A DNA stretch of 62,578 nt, counting the filler, from Hausera hauseri (lineage: Eukaryota), in NCBI GenBank assembly GCA_046269625.1. It is 11 parts of 11 records of this genome, joined end to end, with 100 filler letters (N's around TTAATTAATTAA, not from the genome) between each part and the next. Parts side by side here need not be neighbours in the genome. Positions count along the whole stretch, not along the records: positions 58,122 to 62,578 come from JBJURY010570894.1; 10 more parts are not named here. The stretch is one strand, 5' to 3'. Positions 60,308 to 62,578 of the stretch are shown in pieces. The position numbers were made by a program, and so were the translations under genes. Within the stretch, counting starts at the first letter, position 1. Each line of letters starts with the position of its first letter. The notes beneath the pieces are model-generated. The model ran no database searches. It worked only from the letters and a program-made list of their open reading frames with translations, and had not been told where the DNA came from.

Positions 60308-61567
60308 AAGCGTGTCCATAATTTAATGTCGCAACATAAAAATAATGATTTTATGAAAACCAATCAAAATGGAACTAAAAGAAACATGTCTATTAAAATT
60401 AACGCAAAATGTACTTACTTCATACAAAAAGAATTACAATCTTTCAAAACGATTTTTATGCGATTTTTGTCTAAAATATTGGAACAAGTTTTTACCGTGT
60501 TCTTCAGCAAGTTTTTTAGAAATTGGGTACCATATCCTTTTAAAAATTGACAATTCTTTACAAACAATGTCCTTTGCTTTGAGTTCATGTTTTCACACCA
60601 ATACTAACGTAGTCAACTTTTTGGTCATGTAAATAATATAGCACTACATTGGTGTAGTGGCTTGTTGCGAGGTCTGACGAGAAGTGAACATTGTGATTTT
60701 GTTTAGATTTATTGATGAATGCAACCAATCTCTTTTTAACGCATTCTTCTAAGTATTTCCATTCATTGTGCCCATGGTTACGTAGGGTTCTGATACCTCA
60801 CCATTCTCAGCGATCGCCTGCCAAACCATAAATTTGGTGAAAATTGTCTCCTTTCTTTTTAATTAAGCCTAGATATAAACTAGAAAACCATCAACAATAT
60901 TAAAATATTCATTACCAGGCATTTGACATGGATCCGCTGGACAGTAAGTTTGATCATCAAGTACAAAAAATTTCCTTCCAGCAGATGGTATTGAAACTTT
61001 GTACAACTTTCTAGGTGCTCTTTCTGCACGTTGTTTTTGACCTTTTCTATATTTTGATGCTACTTTCTTCTTTCTGCAGACAATATTCAACTTTTTTTAG
61101 CATTATATATACTTCCTTTTGATAACTTGTATTTTTGGACTACTTTTCTTTCGCTACTGTTTAAGTTTTTTAAATAATGCTTCTTGATGGTGTTCAATCG
61201 TCTTTTGGTTTAGACAGATGGTTTAGAGCCGCAATTTTTAGAATATTTGATTTTACCTTCAGGAATGTACCGAGCTAATACATGTTCCACAGTTCTTTTC
61301 ACCATACCTTCTAGCACTAAATGATCAATTGTTAACTTCCTGTCACTTATGATTTTAAAAATGTTTATAATTCTTTTACCATCTTTTTGACACTAGATTT
61401 CATCTTGCTTCCTATGGATGAAAACTTTCTTTGATATAAAAGAAAAATAAATGTTCAATGCCAAATAATCAAGGCCTGAGAAGCAAAAAATCACGTAATT
61501 CATGCTTGCCGTTATGCAGCAGTTGATAAGTACTTTAATGTTGCGACATTAAACCCTGGACATGCTG
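60308..61567 (-). mobile_element. IS630-Tc1-mariner transposon, ITmD37E-like, TIRs present, transposase disrupted
   Basis: ~30-bp imperfect TIRs [C/A]AGC[A/G]TGTCCA...TTTAATGTCGCAACAT flanked by TA; VLDDQTY, KFMVWQAI, GTMN, ECVKKRL, SDLATSHY. Confidence 0.85.
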
Positions 61568-61569
61568 TA

Positions 61570-62045
61570 GTTGAACGGTAGATATTTTCCAGATGCAGAA
61601 AAGGCACCACATATCATTCAAGAAGGTGGGTGTTTTACAGTTGGTCATGTATATTTCAAGTTAAATCTTTGACCCGAGAGTCTCCTAACTGTGTTTTTAT
61701 AAGAACCAAACATAGAAAATGTTGATTCATCAGAAAACAGCACTTTACTCCATTCTCGCAAAGTCCAGAGTTTGTACATACCATAGAATGCAATTCGGTC
61801 AGTAATGTTCTTTTTGGAAAGCAATGGCTTTCACACTGGTTTACTTGAAGGAAGATGGAATTTTTAAAGCAACCGTCTTCTTATTGACCGTTCACTTATG
61901 TTCAAATAGGGAAGCTCATGCTTTATTTGTTTGGAGGAGTGAAAAGGATTTCAAACGCAATTTCTTCTAATGAGACTGTCTTTACGGTTTGAAGTTTTTC
62001 GTGGCCTGCCTGATCTGGCAATGTTTCGAACTGTACTTCATAACA
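61570..62045 (-). mobile_element. Tc1-like transposase fragment
   Basis: RSGRPRKTS, ISERSIRRRL, KPLLS, WSKVLFSDES. Confidence 0.8.
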
Positions 62046-62049
62046 ATAA

Positions 62050-62578
62050 AACGTATTTGCCCGACAATTTGCAATCTGCAGTTCGTTTGGTTACGTAATC
62101 AAACACCTTGTGGTTTTCTACCGCAGTATCTAGGACCCTATAAGCTAATTCAACTGCATTACCACAACGCGATAATCCTTAAGGACGGAAAGGAATTGGC
62201 AGTCCATATAAATAATGTGAAACCTGCCTTTCTTGTGGATGACACTTCTCCAATCGAAATTTTGACAAATTTTCTGACTCCTACATTTCCTTCTGTTTCT
62301 TCTCCTGCATCTGCACTTACCCCATTACTAGAATTGACTCCTCATACTCCTTCCACTAATCTCCCAATTTTTTCCCCTCTTTCTACTACATTCTCACCTC
62401 CAATCCTTTCTTCGTCTCTGAACAATACACCAAATTCAACTACGACATCTGACATAGTTCTGCCTCCACCAACTTGTCCACCAGCTTTAACAATACAAAA
62501 AAATACAAATCGGTCACGTTCAGTACCTATAGTAGAGTGCTCAATACTGATGGAATACAACGACTTGTACATACGAAG
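62050..62578 (+). mobile_element. 3' integrase tail of the CsRn1-like Gypsy family
   Basis: FVWLRNQTPCGFLPQYLGPYKLIQLH...VHINNVKPAFL, homologous to 25800-26000 and 57020-57210. Confidence 0.85.

Overview
This is eukaryotic (metazoan), repeat-rich DNA made of 11 separate contigs joined by artificial 100-bp linkers (44 N + TTAATTAATTAA + 44 N), so adjacency across linkers has no biological meaning. Contigs: 1-7256, 7357-11321, 11422-15422, 15523-19938, 20039-26493, 26594-31159, 31260-36189, 36290-44210, 44311-49068, 49169-58021, 58122-62578. Mobile elements dominate: a 5'-truncated RTE LINE, a Helitron, at least three Ty3/Gypsy lineages, Penelope-like remnants, a Polinton-type pPolB relic, and mariner, Tc1 and ITmD37E-like transposons. 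Host genes are a DCAF8-like WD40 gene and two SUCLA2 exons; decayed host-gene pieces are NUP210, UBA1 and a Cav3 channel fragment. The best candidate for an undescribed system is contig 8, a decayed Gypsy-type pol with four cargo modules on the same strand. A chuvirus-like glycoprotein C-terminus lies UPSTREAM of the protease; an FN3-like/transmembrane protein, a DEDDh (REX4/ISG20-like) exonuclease and a RING-like finger lie downstream. The glycoprotein and the exonuclease core are in frames the ORF track missed. The second candidate is a Helitron carrying a SAP-coiled-coil-SGNH esterase ORF and a herpesvirus-tegument-like (C76) deubiquitinase fused to the RepHel N-terminus. All family assignments come from motif recognition by eye; no database search was run.
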